A DNA stretch of 64,000 nt from an uncultured Smithella sp. (GCA_964394715.1 CAYMYR010000003.1:12457-76456); one strand, 5' to 3'; shown: positions 27,905 through 37,442, counted from the stretch's first letter. Program-made: numbers and translations. Notes: generated from the letters alone by a model not told the origin.

Positions 27905-28669
27905 ATGTCCTCGAATAAATACAGGATGAACAGGTTCTTTTTAAAAGATACCATCCGTCAGAGGATTGACTTTTCTGAGACTGCCCAGAGCAGGGGGCTT
28001 CCCGCGCCGCCGCCGCAAAAAGACTGTGCGCCGGGGACGGCCCGCATTGATTTGCCAGACGGTGCCAGGGCTCTGACCAGCCTGGCGAAAATGCCGGTGA
28101 GCGCAGCAATAGCTTTGCGCGAGAGTGTTCGTCAGTATACGCCCGCTCCGTTGACTCTGGAGGAGGTTTCCGCGCTGCTTTGGGGTACCCAGGGCATTCG
28201 GGAAATCCTGTCCGCCGAATCGGCGCTTCGGACGGTTCCGTCTGCAGGCGCGCGTCACGCACTGGAAACCTATCTGGTTGTTAATCGTGTGAACACACTG
28301 GAATCCGGCCTTTACCGTTATCTGCCTTTTGACAGCCAGCTAGCAATGCTTCGGCCCGACCCTGAGATCGGACGTAAAGCAGCCATGGCCTGTTTCGGAC
28401 AGGGCTTTATCGCAGCCTCCGCTGTGACATTCTTCTGGACGGCGATTCCGGCGAGGATGGAGTGGCGCTACGATCTGGCCGCGCACAAAGTCATTGCCAT
28501 CGACGCCGGTCACGTCTGTCAGAATCTTTATCTGGCTGCACAGACCATCGGTGCAGGTGTTTGTGCTGTTGCCGCTTACGATCAGGAGGCGTGTGATGAA
28601 CTTCTGGGCGTGGACGGTGAGGAGGAATTCACCATTTACCTGGCCCCGGTCGGGAAAAGAAGGGAATAA
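27905..28669 (+). CDS. SagB/ThcOx-family nitroreductase-fold dehydrogenase
   Basis: RESVRQY, RTVPSAGARH, DAGHVCQNLYL. Confidence 0.88.
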   Translation: MSSNKYRMNRFFLKDTIRQRIDFSETAQSRGLPAPPPQKDCAPGTARIDLPDGARALTSLAKMPVSAAIALRESVRQYTPAPLTLEEVSALLWGTQGIREILSAESALRTVPSAGARHALETYLVVNRVNTLESGLYRYLPFDSQLAMLRPDPEIGRKAAMACFGQGFIAASAVTFFWTAIPARMEWRYDLAAHKVIAIDAGHVCQNLYLAAQTIGAGVCAVAAYDQEACDELLGVDGEEEFTIYLAPVGKRRE

Positions 28670-28829
28670 ACGAGCACCCGTCTGCCCGCATAGATATCCA
28701 GAAAGTTACGGACAAGCGTTCCGTTGTCAGAAAATTCTCTTGATAAAAAATGCCGCAAAGCGTATCGACAGCTTAATCATTTCCGGCAAATAAGGAGGGG
28801 AAAACATCATTTATCGCCGTGTAACCTTA

Positions 28830-29834
28830 TTGCGCGTGTTGCGAATCAGCGCGCTACTCTTTCTGTTGTTTTTGATGCTTTGCTTTGCTGCGCTTTGCCT
28901 GGGCGCCATCCATATCGCGCCCGTGGACGTGGCCAGGGCGGTTTCCGGAGCGTTTTTGGGCAATGTGTCAGGGACATCCGAAGAACAATTGATTTTATTT
29001 TCCGTGCGGCTGCCGCGAATTTTGTTTGCCGGTATCGTAGGTGCGTCGTTGTCGCTGGGCGGAGTTGTGTTTCAGGCGCTTTTGCGCAACCCGCTGGCTG
29101 ATCCATACGTGCTGGGTATCTCCGGCGGTTCGGCGCTTGGCGCGATCGTCGGGATTGTCGTCGGCGCATCTTCCTTTTATCTGGGCGTGCCTTTTCTGGC
29201 TTTCTGTGGAGCTCTGGCAACCGTTTTTCTGGTTTTCATTGTGGCCGGCGGTTCCAGAGGCGTGCTCCTGGATAATTCGCTTCTGCTGGCCGGTGTGGTG
29301 GTGAACGCCTTTTTTTCCGCAGCGATTCTCTTTGCCCTTTCCATCGTCAACAGCATGGAACTGCACAGCATCAGCTTCTGGCTCATGGGTGATCTTTCCC
29401 GCGCGTCACTGAAGGAGATTTTCGGGGCCGCCTTGTGCTGCGCGGCATGTTTCGTCCTGCTTTACGCTCAGGCCCGCAAACTGAATTTGATCGTTCAGGG
29501 GGAAGAGACCGCCCTGCAGCTTGGGGTGAATGTCCTTGCAACAAAATATCTTTTGTTATTAGTCACTTCATTAATCACAGCAGTGGCAGTTTCATTTGCC
29601 GGTATTATCGGTTTCATCGGGATTATGGTACCGCACATGATGCGTCTGGTGTTCGGCTCCGATCACCGGCTGCTGCTCCCCTCTGCGGCGCTCTTCGGCG
29701 CTTCCTTTCTGGTGGTGGCCGATACGCTGGCCAGAACCGTTCTTTCGCCCGCGGAATTGCCCGTCGGGGTGATCACCGCCCTCTGCGGCGCTCCCTACTT
29801 TATTTTTCTCATGAGAAGAAAGGGGCGCGGATAA
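28830..29834 (+). CDS. btuC: Cobalamin/iron ABC transporter permease (FecCD family)
   Basis: RLPRI, FQALLRNPLADPYVLGISGG, GIIGFIGI.VPH. Confidence 0.88.
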   Translation: MRVLRISALLFLLFLMLCFAALCLGAIHIAPVDVARAVSGAFLGNVSGTSEEQLILFSVRLPRILFAGIVGASLSLGGVVFQALLRNPLADPYVLGISGGSALGAIVGIVVGASSFYLGVPFLAFCGALATVFLVFIVAGGSRGVLLDNSLLLAGVVVNAFFSAAILFALSIVNSMELHSISFWLMGDLSRASLKEIFGAALCCAACFVLLYAQARKLNLIVQGEETALQLGVNVLATKYLLLLVTSLITAVAVSFAGIIGFIGIMVPHMMRLVFGSDHRLLLPSAALFGASFLVVADTLARTVLSPAELPVGVITALCGAPYFIFLMRRKGRG

Positions 29835-30610
29835 TGTCAATTCTCTGCACGCAGAACATATCCTTCCGCTACACGGACAAACCGGTGCTGGAAGATATTT
29901 CGTTTGGCCTGGACCGGGCTGAAATCGTGGCGGTTATCGGACCCAACGGGTCGGGGAAAACCACGCTGCTTAAATTAATCAACGCCACGCTGTTTCCGTT
30001 TTCCGGCAGGGTGCTCATCGAAGGTAAAGACACCAGGCAGTGGACGCGACGAGAGATTGCCCGCACCGTGGCCATTGTTCCCCAGGAATCACCCGCCATT
30101 TTTCCGTTTTTTGCAGAAGAAATTGTCATGATGGGCCGTTTCCCGTACATGAGTTCGCTGGCGTTTGAAACCAGGGCGGACTACCGAATTACCCGCGAGG
30201 CCATGGCTCAAACCGACTGTCTCTCCTTTGCCCAACGCCGCTTCAATGAACTTTCCGCAGGTGAACGGCAGCGCGTGCTGATCGCGCGCGCTCTGGCGCA
30301 GGAGCCGAAGATTCTGCTTCTGGATGAAAGCACGGTTTTCCTGGATCTGAAACATCAGGCGCAGTTTCTTTCCCTTTTGAGGCAATTGAACAGGGACCGT
30401 CATCTTACAGTAATTTTTGTCACGCACGATGTCAATCTGGCGGCGCAAAACGCCGACCAGCTTCTTTTGCTTTACAAAGGGAAAAAATATGCTATAGGAA
30501 CTCCCGCGGACGTTTTAACCGCGCGAAATATGCAAGAGGTTTACGATGTCGAAGTCGGGATTGACCTCAATCCACATAATGGTTCGACCCGCGTGACATT
30601 GCTAACCTGA
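29834..30610 (+). CDS. btuD: Cobalamin/iron ABC transporter ATP-binding protein
   Basis: GPNGSGKTT, LSAGERQR, LLLDE. Start at ATG 29834 overlaps the permease stop. Confidence 0.88.
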   Translation: MSILCTQNISFRYTDKPVLEDISFGLDRAEIVAVIGPNGSGKTTLLKLINATLFPFSGRVLIEGKDTRQWTRREIARTVAIVPQESPAIFPFFAEEIVMMGRFPYMSSLAFETRADYRITREAMAQTDCLSFAQRRFNELSAGERQRVLIARALAQEPKILLLDESTVFLDLKHQAQFLSLLRQLNRDRHLTVIFVTHDVNLAAQNADQLLLLYKGKKYAIGTPADVLTARNMQEVYDVEVGIDLNPHNGSTRVTLLT

Positions 30611-30750
30611 ACAGGCTGTTCAAAAAAAGGAAGCCGGTTTAAATCCGGCGCTGCCCCGCAACTGTACGCGGAACGAAATCCACAAAATGCCACTGACGCA
30701 TGGCGTCGGGAAGGCGTGGAAAGTAGGTCGCCGCAAGCCAGGAGACTTTA
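30611..30750 (+). ncRNA. Cobalamin (B12) riboswitch
   Basis: GGAAGCCGGTTTAAATCCGGCGCTGCCCCGCAACTGTA...GCCACTG...GGGAAGG...AAGCCAGGAGAC, upstream of btuB. Confidence 0.93.
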
Positions 30751-30798
30751 TGGACAGTCAACATAAACTTTGTTCCCGAGGGGGAAAGGAGAAAGTCC

Positions 30799-32997
30799 AT
30801 GAAGCATTTTTCAAAATCAGCTGTAATTCTTTTTTTAATCCTTTTCATCATTGTTTCCGTCCATTTTGCTCTTGCGGCAGCTCAGAGTGATCCTCCAAAA
30901 GACGCGGCTGCTGCAGAAAAACTGCAGAAGGGGGATTCAAAGGAAGATGTCGTGTCCAAGGAAGAAGCACAAAAAGGTGATTCTTCCAATCAGCCTGTCC
31001 GTATGGAAGAGGTGGTTGTCTCTGCCACGAAGCTTCCTTCGATACGAAAAGATATCCCCAATGCCGTTGTGATCAAGGACAGAAGAGATATTCAGGTCTC
31101 CGGATCGAAAACGGTCGGGGAGATCCTGGCAAGTGAACAGGGGATCGATTGGCAGACCTATGGCAACTACGCCGGATCGACACAGGAAATTCATATTCGC
31201 GGCATGCGGGGCAACGCGACCCAGGTACTGGTCAACGGCGTCAATTACAATGCACCTTCATTGGGCGTTGCAGATGTAGGAAAGATACCTGTCGACAACA
31301 TTGAGCGGATCGAAACCGTAAAAGGTTCCGGTTCGCTTCTCTATGGATCGGGGGCTATGGCTGGAACCGTCAGCATCATTACCAAGGAACCGGCAAGGGA
31401 CAAAATGGATCTGAAGGTCAGCGCCGGTTACGGCACACAAAACACCTATCGTCTGGCGGCGGAAAACGGGATGTTTGTCATCGGCGATTTCGGATATTAC
31501 CTGACTGCCGGCAGAACCGAGACAGACGGGTTCAGGGACAACAGCTGGCTTCGGCAGAATGACGTGTCCCTGAAGCTGTTGTTTGACAAGAAAGAGATGA
31601 TTCATGTCAGTCTGTACGGCGATTATATAGACCGATCCTACGGTGTACCAGGTGTCAAACCGCCTGCAGGCACCCAGGATTATTATGTTGGTGGAGAGAG
31701 ATTTTACAACAGCGAATCGTCAACTCTGCTGGACCATAGCACGGATAAAGACGGGCACATTGTCCTGAACGTCAAGGGCAAACCCATCAAATGGTTTGGC
31801 TACGATTGGAAGGGTTATTACACAGCCCTGGAGAATTACAACTATGCCCGCTATGCATTTGACGGCACGGGGGCGGAAAACTGGGTGGCAAACCGGGTGT
31901 TGGGAACTGACGGGCATCTGGACATTTATCCTTTAGAGGGGGCCCAATTACTGCTGGGTTTCGAGTACAAGGATTTCAACTGGAAGAATCATGGTTACGG
32001 TCTGGATTCATCGGGCCTCCGCGACGGCTCCGATTCAACGATAGATGCACATGTATTCTCTCAGGGATATTTTATGGAAGCTCAGTACAGACCTTTTAAA
32101 TACGGAAAAGTCTTTGCGGGTTTCCGTCATGAAATACACTCTGCCTTTGGTTCGGAGAACCTGCCCCGCGTAGGCGTGGTCATCAATCCCTTTGAAACAA
32201 CAGCTTTGAAGATCAGCCACGGGAAACACTTTCTGGCGCCCACACTGAATGATCTGTATTGGCCGGCTGATCCATACACCAGGGGAAACCCCAACCTCAA
32301 GCCCGAGAACGGCTGGCATACCGATGTTACTGTCGAGCAGTCATTGTTTAATGACAAATTATTTATGACGATATCGTATTTTCACTGGAATGTGGATGAT
32401 AAAATCCAGTGGGAGCCGGATTCGCAGGGGGTATGGAGCCCCATAAACCTGGCCGGCTACAGGGCCGATGGCATTGAGGCAGGGCTCAAGGTGGGGCCCT
32501 TCTACGGACTTTCACTGGGACTGAGTTATACATACACGAACGCTGAAGAGGAAAACCGTGACTACATCCGGCAGGATTACGGATGGCCGCCGGACATTCC
32601 CCCGGATTTTCAGTATTTCATGGTCAAACGGCGCGCGACCATGACGCCGCAGAATCAGTTCAAGGGAAACCTGACATACCAGAGTCATTTCGGAATGACT
32701 GCGACGGCCACTTTGCGGTATGTGGGACACCAGATCGTTTATAATACAGAGACCACCACTTATCCGGATACGCAAACCATAAACTATACCATCGGGGACT
32801 ACTGGACAGCGGATTTAAAGATTGAACAGCGCCTGTTCAAACATTGGGTTTTGTCGCTGTCCGGCTATAACCTGTTTGACATGCAATACGATACCCGTCT
32901 GCAGTCTTTTACCGATCAGACCACTTTCAAAAATACGATGTGCGGTTATCCGGGAAGGGGAAGGTCTGTTTTCGGAAGCGTGACTTATGAATTTTAA
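30799..32997 (+). CDS. btuB: TonB-dependent cobalamin receptor
   Basis: Signal peptide, EEVVVSA, IRG.....VLVNG, IERIETVKG.GSLLYG, C-terminal YEF. Located behind the B12 riboswitch. Confidence 0.9.
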   Translation: MKHFSKSAVILFLILFIIVSVHFALAAAQSDPPKDAAAAEKLQKGDSKEDVVSKEEAQKGDSSNQPVRMEEVVVSATKLPSIRKDIPNAVVIKDRRDIQVSGSKTVGEILASEQGIDWQTYGNYAGSTQEIHIRGMRGNATQVLVNGVNYNAPSLGVADVGKIPVDNIERIETVKGSGSLLYGSGAMAGTVSIITKEPARDKMDLKVSAGYGTQNTYRLAAENGMFVIGDFGYYLTAGRTETDGFRDNSWLRQNDVSLKLLFDKKEMIHVSLYGDYIDRSYGVPGVKPPAGTQDYYVGGERFYNSESSTLLDHSTDKDGHIVLNVKGKPIKWFGYDWKGYYTALENYNYARYAFDGTGAENWVANRVLGTDGHLDIYPLEGAQLLLGFEYKDFNWKNHGYGLDSSGLRDGSDSTIDAHVFSQGYFMEAQYRPFKYGKVFAGFRHEIHSAFGSENLPRVGVVINPFETTALKISHGKHFLAPTLNDLYWPADPYTRGNPNLKPENGWHTDVTVEQSLFNDKLFMTISYFHWNVDDKIQWEPDSQGVWSPINLAGYRADGIEAGLKVGPFYGLSLGLSYTYTNAEEENRDYIRQDYGWPPDIPPDFQYFMVKRRATMTPQNQFKGNLTYQSHFGMTATATLRYVGHQIVYNTETTTYPDTQTINYTIGDYWTADLKIEQRLFKHWVLSLSGYNLFDMQYDTRLQSFTDQTTFKNTMCGYPGRGRSVFGSVTYEF

Positions 32998-33116
32998 ATG
33001 ACTGTTTCGTAAAGCTGTTTTTATGGCTGATGTTGAAATGAGAAAAAAGAATGGGTAAACGATTAACAAGCGCTCGGAGGACGTTCTTACTCCGGCAAAT
33101 AAATATGTCAAAGGAC

Positions 33117-33178
33117 GTCATGCCGGACTTGATCCGGCATCCAGTATATTCCTGGATTCCCGCCTACGTGGGAATGAC
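33117..33178. repeat. Small palindromic dispersed-repeat element (RPE/dRS3-like)
   Basis: GTCATGCCGGACTTGATCCGGCATCCAG...CTGGATTCCCGCCTACGTGGGAATGAC. Terminal GTCAT/ATGAC, contains ATTCCC-N8-GGGAAT (33156-33175). Confidence 0.75.
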
Positions 33179-34115
33179 AACCATTGTTGCCAAGGTAATA
33201 ATATTTTTTTTAACGGTTTTGCTGATGGTTACTTGCGCAGAGAGATCCTGCGCCCTGGAATTCAGAGATGAAACAAACCGTCTTGTCCGGATCCATTCCG
33301 TGCCGCGGCGAATCGTTTCTCTTGCGCCCGGAATTACGGAAACCCTTTATGCGCTCGGCCTGGAAAACAGGATCGTCGGGGTAACCACTTTTTGTGACTG
33401 GCCGGTTGCCGCGCGCTTAAAACCTCGGATCGGCGGATTTACGAATCCGTCGATAGAAAAGATTGTCGCATTGAAGCCGGATTTAATTCTGGCCACTGCT
33501 GACGGTAACCGCAGGGAGACCGTTCTTCAGTTGGAGAGGCTCGGGCTGCCCGTTTATGTGACCAATCCTTCCGATACGCGATCAGTCCTGAAAAGCATTC
33601 TGCGGATTGGTGAAATCACCCATCAGGAAAAAAATGCCAGGAGGCTTGTGGGAACACTTCAAAAGAGGCTGGATTGTGTTACAGCCCAGACCCGGCATCG
33701 AGATAAACCTCGCATTTTTTTTCAGATTGGTCTGGAGCCCATGGTTACAGCAGGCAGAGGTACATTGATCAATGAAGTCATTGAGCGTGCCGGGGGTGTG
33801 AATGTTGCGGGCGCTGACCTGGCCAACTACCCCCGATACAGTGCGGAAGGGATTATCGGTGCATCACCCGACATCATCATCTTTGCTCCGATGATCAATG
33901 ATAATAAATTTGAAGCGGTGAAAAGATTCTGGAAGAATTTTCCGGAAGTGCCGGCGGTAAAAAACCATAAAATTTACCCGGTCGATGCTGACTTGATTAA
34001 CAGGGCATCCCCCCGCCTTTTTGACGCTGTTGAGATCATGGCATTGTTTTTTCATCCGGATATCAATATCTCGGCGACCTGTTGCCCAAACGATATCCCT
34101 TTGAGCGGCCATTGA
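33174..34115 (+). CDS. btuF: Cobalamin-binding periplasmic protein
   Basis: PRRIVSLAPGITETLYALG, EKIVALKPDL, RASPRL. Alternative in-frame start at 33105. Confidence 0.88.
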   Translation: MTTIVAKVIIFFLTVLLMVTCAERSCALEFRDETNRLVRIHSVPRRIVSLAPGITETLYALGLENRIVGVTTFCDWPVAARLKPRIGGFTNPSIEKIVALKPDLILATADGNRRETVLQLERLGLPVYVTNPSDTRSVLKSILRIGEITHQEKNARRLVGTLQKRLDCVTAQTRHRDKPRIFFQIGLEPMVTAGRGTLINEVIERAGGVNVAGADLANYPRYSAEGIIGASPDIIIFAPMINDNKFEAVKRFWKNFPEVPAVKNHKIYPVDADLINRASPRLFDAVEIMALFFHPDINISATCCPNDIPLSGH

Positions 34116-34273
34116 AAGCGCTTTGTCTCATGAATCAAGACGTAGCGAAAGATCAGTAATGACAACTGTTTGAGCCGCAGGCGAGTTTTGTCATTACCTT
34201 TCGCAAGCTTTAGATTTATTCAAAACGCTTTTAGGCAAGCGAAAAGGATATTTGGGCAACAGCCCGTCGAGAT
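34068..34273. mobile_element. MITE-like nested palindromic element of about 206 bp
   Basis: Perfect 12-bp IR CTGTTGCCCAAA (34079-34090)/TTTGGGCAACAG (34251-34262), extendable to ATCTCG/CGAGAT. Inner IRs AAAGCG/CGCTTT, TGAAT/ATTCA, GCGAAAG/CTTTCGC, GTAATGACAA/TTGTCATTAC. No ORF. Confidence 0.7.
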
Positions 34274-34291
34274 GATACAAAGGAAAACATC

Positions 34292-35335
34292 ATGAATTAT
34301 CCGTCAATTCCACCTTTGGATGAGGATGCGGCACGCCAGGCCCGAATACGGCAAAACCAGTTGACCAAGCCGCCCGGGAGCCTCGGAAGGCTTGAAGAAA
34401 TTTCCATCCGGCTGGCCGGAATGAAAGCCGATCCCTGTCCCTCCGTTTCCCGGAAAGCGGTCATTGTGATGGCTGCCGATCATGGAATTGCCGCGGAAGG
34501 TATAAGTGCCTTCCCTGCAGAAGTAACAAAACAAATGGTGATGAATTTTCTAAAGGGTGGAGCCGCCGTCAATGTGCTGGCGCGTCAGGCCGGGGCTTCA
34601 CTGACGATTGTTGATATTGGCGTCGCATCCGACTTCGATCCTTCCCTGCCGGGACTGCTGCAACGCAAGGTCGCCCGTGGCACACGCAACATGGTCAGCG
34701 GGCCCGCTATGATCCGGGCAGAGGCTGAAGAAGCTCTTGCTGTCGGTATGGATGTGCTTGACAAAGAGGCCGAAAACGGTCTTGATTTGCTTGCGACCGG
34801 AGACATGGGAATCGGCAATACCACACCGTCATCGGCCATTGCATCCGTTTTGACCGGACTTCCGGTTTACGCTGTGACCGGGCGTGGTACCGGACTTACC
34901 GATGCAGGCCTGGCACACAAAGTGAAAGTGATCGAACAGGCGATTGCTTTGAACAGGCCCGATCCGAAAGATGCGATGGATGTTCTGTGCAAAGTCGGAG
35001 GACTGGAAATCGCGGGGCTTGCCGGTGTGATGATTGCCTCGGCCGCCCGCCGTATCCCGGTCGTTGTGGACGGCTTTATCTCGACCGCGGCCGCCATGAT
35101 CGCGATTGGTCTTGTGCCGGATGTGTGCAATTATTTATTCGGCTCTCATGAATCTGTGGAAATCGGTCACCGGGTTATGCACAAACATCTCGGCCTGACT
35201 CCACTCATTAATTTGAATCTGCGCCTGGGAGAAGGAACCGGGGCGGTGCTGACTTTCCACCTGATTGAGGCTGCGTCCCGCATCATCAGGGAAATGGCGA
35301 CATTTGCCGAGGCAGGGATAAAAGATAAAGGATAA
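34292..35335 (+). CDS. cobT: Nicotinate-nucleotide:DMB phosphoribosyltransferase
   Basis: LTKPPGSLGRLEE, AADHG, GDMGIGNTT, LRLGEGTGA. Confidence 0.96.
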   Translation: MNYPSIPPLDEDAARQARIRQNQLTKPPGSLGRLEEISIRLAGMKADPCPSVSRKAVIVMAADHGIAAEGISAFPAEVTKQMVMNFLKGGAAVNVLARQAGASLTIVDIGVASDFDPSLPGLLQRKVARGTRNMVSGPAMIRAEAEEALAVGMDVLDKEAENGLDLLATGDMGIGNTTPSSAIASVLTGLPVYAVTGRGTGLTDAGLAHKVKVIEQAIALNRPDPKDAMDVLCKVGGLEIAGLAGVMIASAARRIPVVVDGFISTAAAMIAIGLVPDVCNYLFGSHESVEIGHRVMHKHLGLTPLINLNLRLGEGTGAVLTFHLIEAASRIIREMATFAEAGIKDKG

Positions 35336-35343
35336 AGGAAATC

Positions 35344-36063
35344 ATGAGGAATCTGCGTATCGCTTTTGGATTATTGACGACGCTGCCGTTCGGAATACGG
35401 GGAAGCTGGCAGCCCGGGGACAGCGGACGTGCCGGAATCTGGTATCCGTTGGTTGGCGTTGTGATCGGCGGATTGACCTGGTTGGTCTGGTACGTGCTGA
35501 AACAGTATTTTCCTCCGCTGGCCGTTGGCGTTATGGCCCTCGTGGTGTGGGTTGGCCTGACGGGCGGACTGCATCTTGACGGATTGGCGGACTGCTGTGA
35601 CGGTTTACTTTCATCAAATACTCCCGAGCGGCGTTTGGAGATCATGAAAGACCCGCATCTGGGGACATTCGGCGGTATCGGTCTGATCCTTGTTTTATTT
35701 TCCAAAATCGTGGCATTGAGTATGCTGACATCTTCCAATGGTTTGGGAATCATTTTCGCTGCGACGATCAGCCGCTGGATGATCCTGCCCGCTTCGCTGC
35801 TGACGCTTGCCAATCCCGGCGGAATGGCCGCTGATTTTGCTTCAGGGATCAGGCGCAGTGCCATCTTTCTTTCAGCGATTTTTCCGCTTGGTCTTGCCTG
35901 TTTGCTCGGAATCCCGGGGTTTATTGCGCTGGTTGCCGCCGGGGTTACGGCGGCGGCTGTGCTCTTATTGTCTTGCAGACGTATAAATGGTGTGACCGGT
36001 GATGTTTTCGGTATGCTGGTTGAGGTAACCGAAGCGGCTGTTTTGCTGAGCTTAACCCTATGA
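35344..36063 (+). CDS. cobS: Adenosylcobinamide-GDP ribazoletransferase (cobamide synthase)
   Basis: TGGLHLDGLADCCDG, MKDPHLGTFG, GVTGDVFG. Confidence 0.95.
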   Translation: MRNLRIAFGLLTTLPFGIRGSWQPGDSGRAGIWYPLVGVVIGGLTWLVWYVLKQYFPPLAVGVMALVVWVGLTGGLHLDGLADCCDGLLSSNTPERRLEIMKDPHLGTFGGIGLILVLFSKIVALSMLTSSNGLGIIFAATISRWMILPASLLTLANPGGMAADFASGIRRSAIFLSAIFPLGLACLLGIPGFIALVAAGVTAAAVLLLSCRRINGVTGDVFGMLVEVTEAAVLLSLTL

Positions 36064-36845
36064 TCGATACGAATGGTTTTCCTTTCAGATTTGGCACAAC
36101 CTCCTACATCATTCCTGCGGATATTCTGTCCAATGTCCGATATCTGGCAGGGAAAGTGCGGGATGTGGAGCTGGTGTTGTTCGATGTGGATGATGGCATG
36201 AACAATCTGCCGTCACCGGATGAGATTGAGCAACTGCGTATGATTGCTTCTCAAACTGACCTGACCTATACCGTTCACCTGCCTCTGGATTTGCGCCTGG
36301 CAGAGGGCGGCTCTATTGTCAAGGCCCGTCGGGTCATCGATTGCACTCGCAGGCTTGACCCGTGGGCCTATGTTTTGCACCTGGACGGAAAATCCGTTCG
36401 TCATGGGGCGTCGTCAGGAGAGCTAAAACACTGGCTGGGGCAGGCCGTTCGATCGCTTGAAATCGTCGGTGAATGCGCAGGAGGAGTGGAAAAACTGGCT
36501 GTCGAAAACCTGGAAGGTTACCCGCCTGATTTCTACAAACCTGTGCTGAACCAGATTGCCGTGAGCCGTACGGTGGATATCGGGCATCTGTGGCTCGATG
36601 GTTTCGATCCGGTAAGATATTTATACGACGCCCTGCCGCGAACGCGTGTCATTCACATTCACGGGATCGACGGGCGCGATCACAGGTCGCTTATGAATGT
36701 ACCGCAGGAAAAACTGAGCGCTGTTCTCAGCGAGCTTATCCGTACCGGCTACCCCGGCGTGTTGACCGTCGAGGTATTTTCCGAGGAGGATTTTCTGACC
36801 TCCTGTGCGGCTGTTCAAAAAGTGATGAAAGGAGAACAGAAATGA
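36060..36845 (+). CDS. cbiR: Cobamide remodelling phosphodiesterase (AP endonuclease 2/TIM-barrel fold)
   Basis: FGTTSYIIPA, DVELVLF, YTVHLPLD, AVENLE, DIGHL, HIHG..GRDH, TVEVF. Lies between cobS and cobU. Confidence 0.82.
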   Translation: MIDTNGFPFRFGTTSYIIPADILSNVRYLAGKVRDVELVLFDVDDGMNNLPSPDEIEQLRMIASQTDLTYTVHLPLDLRLAEGGSIVKARRVIDCTRRLDPWAYVLHLDGKSVRHGASSGELKHWLGQAVRSLEIVGECAGGVEKLAVENLEGYPPDFYKPVLNQIAVSRTVDIGHLWLDGFDPVRYLYDALPRTRVIHIHGIDGRDHRSLMNVPQEKLSAVLSELIRTGYPGVLTVEVFSEEDFLTSCAAVQKVMKGEQK

Positions 36846-37393
36846 TTCCTGAAATCCCCGAAAACGGTCTGACGATGATTCTAGGTGGCGCGCGCAGCGG
36901 TAAAAGTTCTTTTGTGGAAAGAATCGCACGCGATTCAGGAAAATCCGTGCTTTACATCGCCACTGCCGCTGCGGGTGATGATGAAATGGCCGAGCGCATC
37001 CGCAACCATCAGGCATCGAGGCCGGCAGGATGGCAGACCCTTGAATGTCCATTCAACATTGGCCGCCATCTTGACGCGCCGCCTGCCGAAGTGGTAATCG
37101 TGGATTGTATTACTTTGCTGGTCAGCAATATTCTTCTTTCTTTTCCGGAAGGCACACCAGCGGAAACCGTCGAGAAAAAAGTCAATATTGAGGTGGATGA
37201 ACTCATCGGCTTGCAGTCCAAAATTGGCGGGCAGTGGCTGTTCGTGTCCAATGAAGTGGGTCTGGGTCTTGTGCCGCCGTATCCGCAGGGACGCGTTTAC
37301 CGCGATCTTCTGGGACGGGCCAATCAAAGTCTGGCACAGGCCGCGGAGCGTGTCATCCTGATGGTTGCCGGAATTCCGATGGTAATCAAGTGA
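36842..37393 (+). CDS. cobU: Bifunctional adenosylcobinamide kinase/guanylyltransferase (CobU/CobP)
   Basis: GGARSGKS, RIRNHQASRP.GW.TLE, DCITL, SNEVGLG.VP, MVAGIP. Confidence 0.94.
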   Translation: MIPEIPENGLTMILGGARSGKSSFVERIARDSGKSVLYIATAAAGDDEMAERIRNHQASRPAGWQTLECPFNIGRHLDAPPAEVVIVDCITLLVSNILLSFPEGTPAETVEKKVNIEVDELIGLQSKIGGQWLFVSNEVGLGLVPPYPQGRVYRDLLGRANQSLAQAAERVILMVAGIPMVIK

Positions 37394-37442
37394 ATCCTTC
37401 ATAAGATTGATTTATTCTGTCTTTTGTTATAAAAATCTCTAA

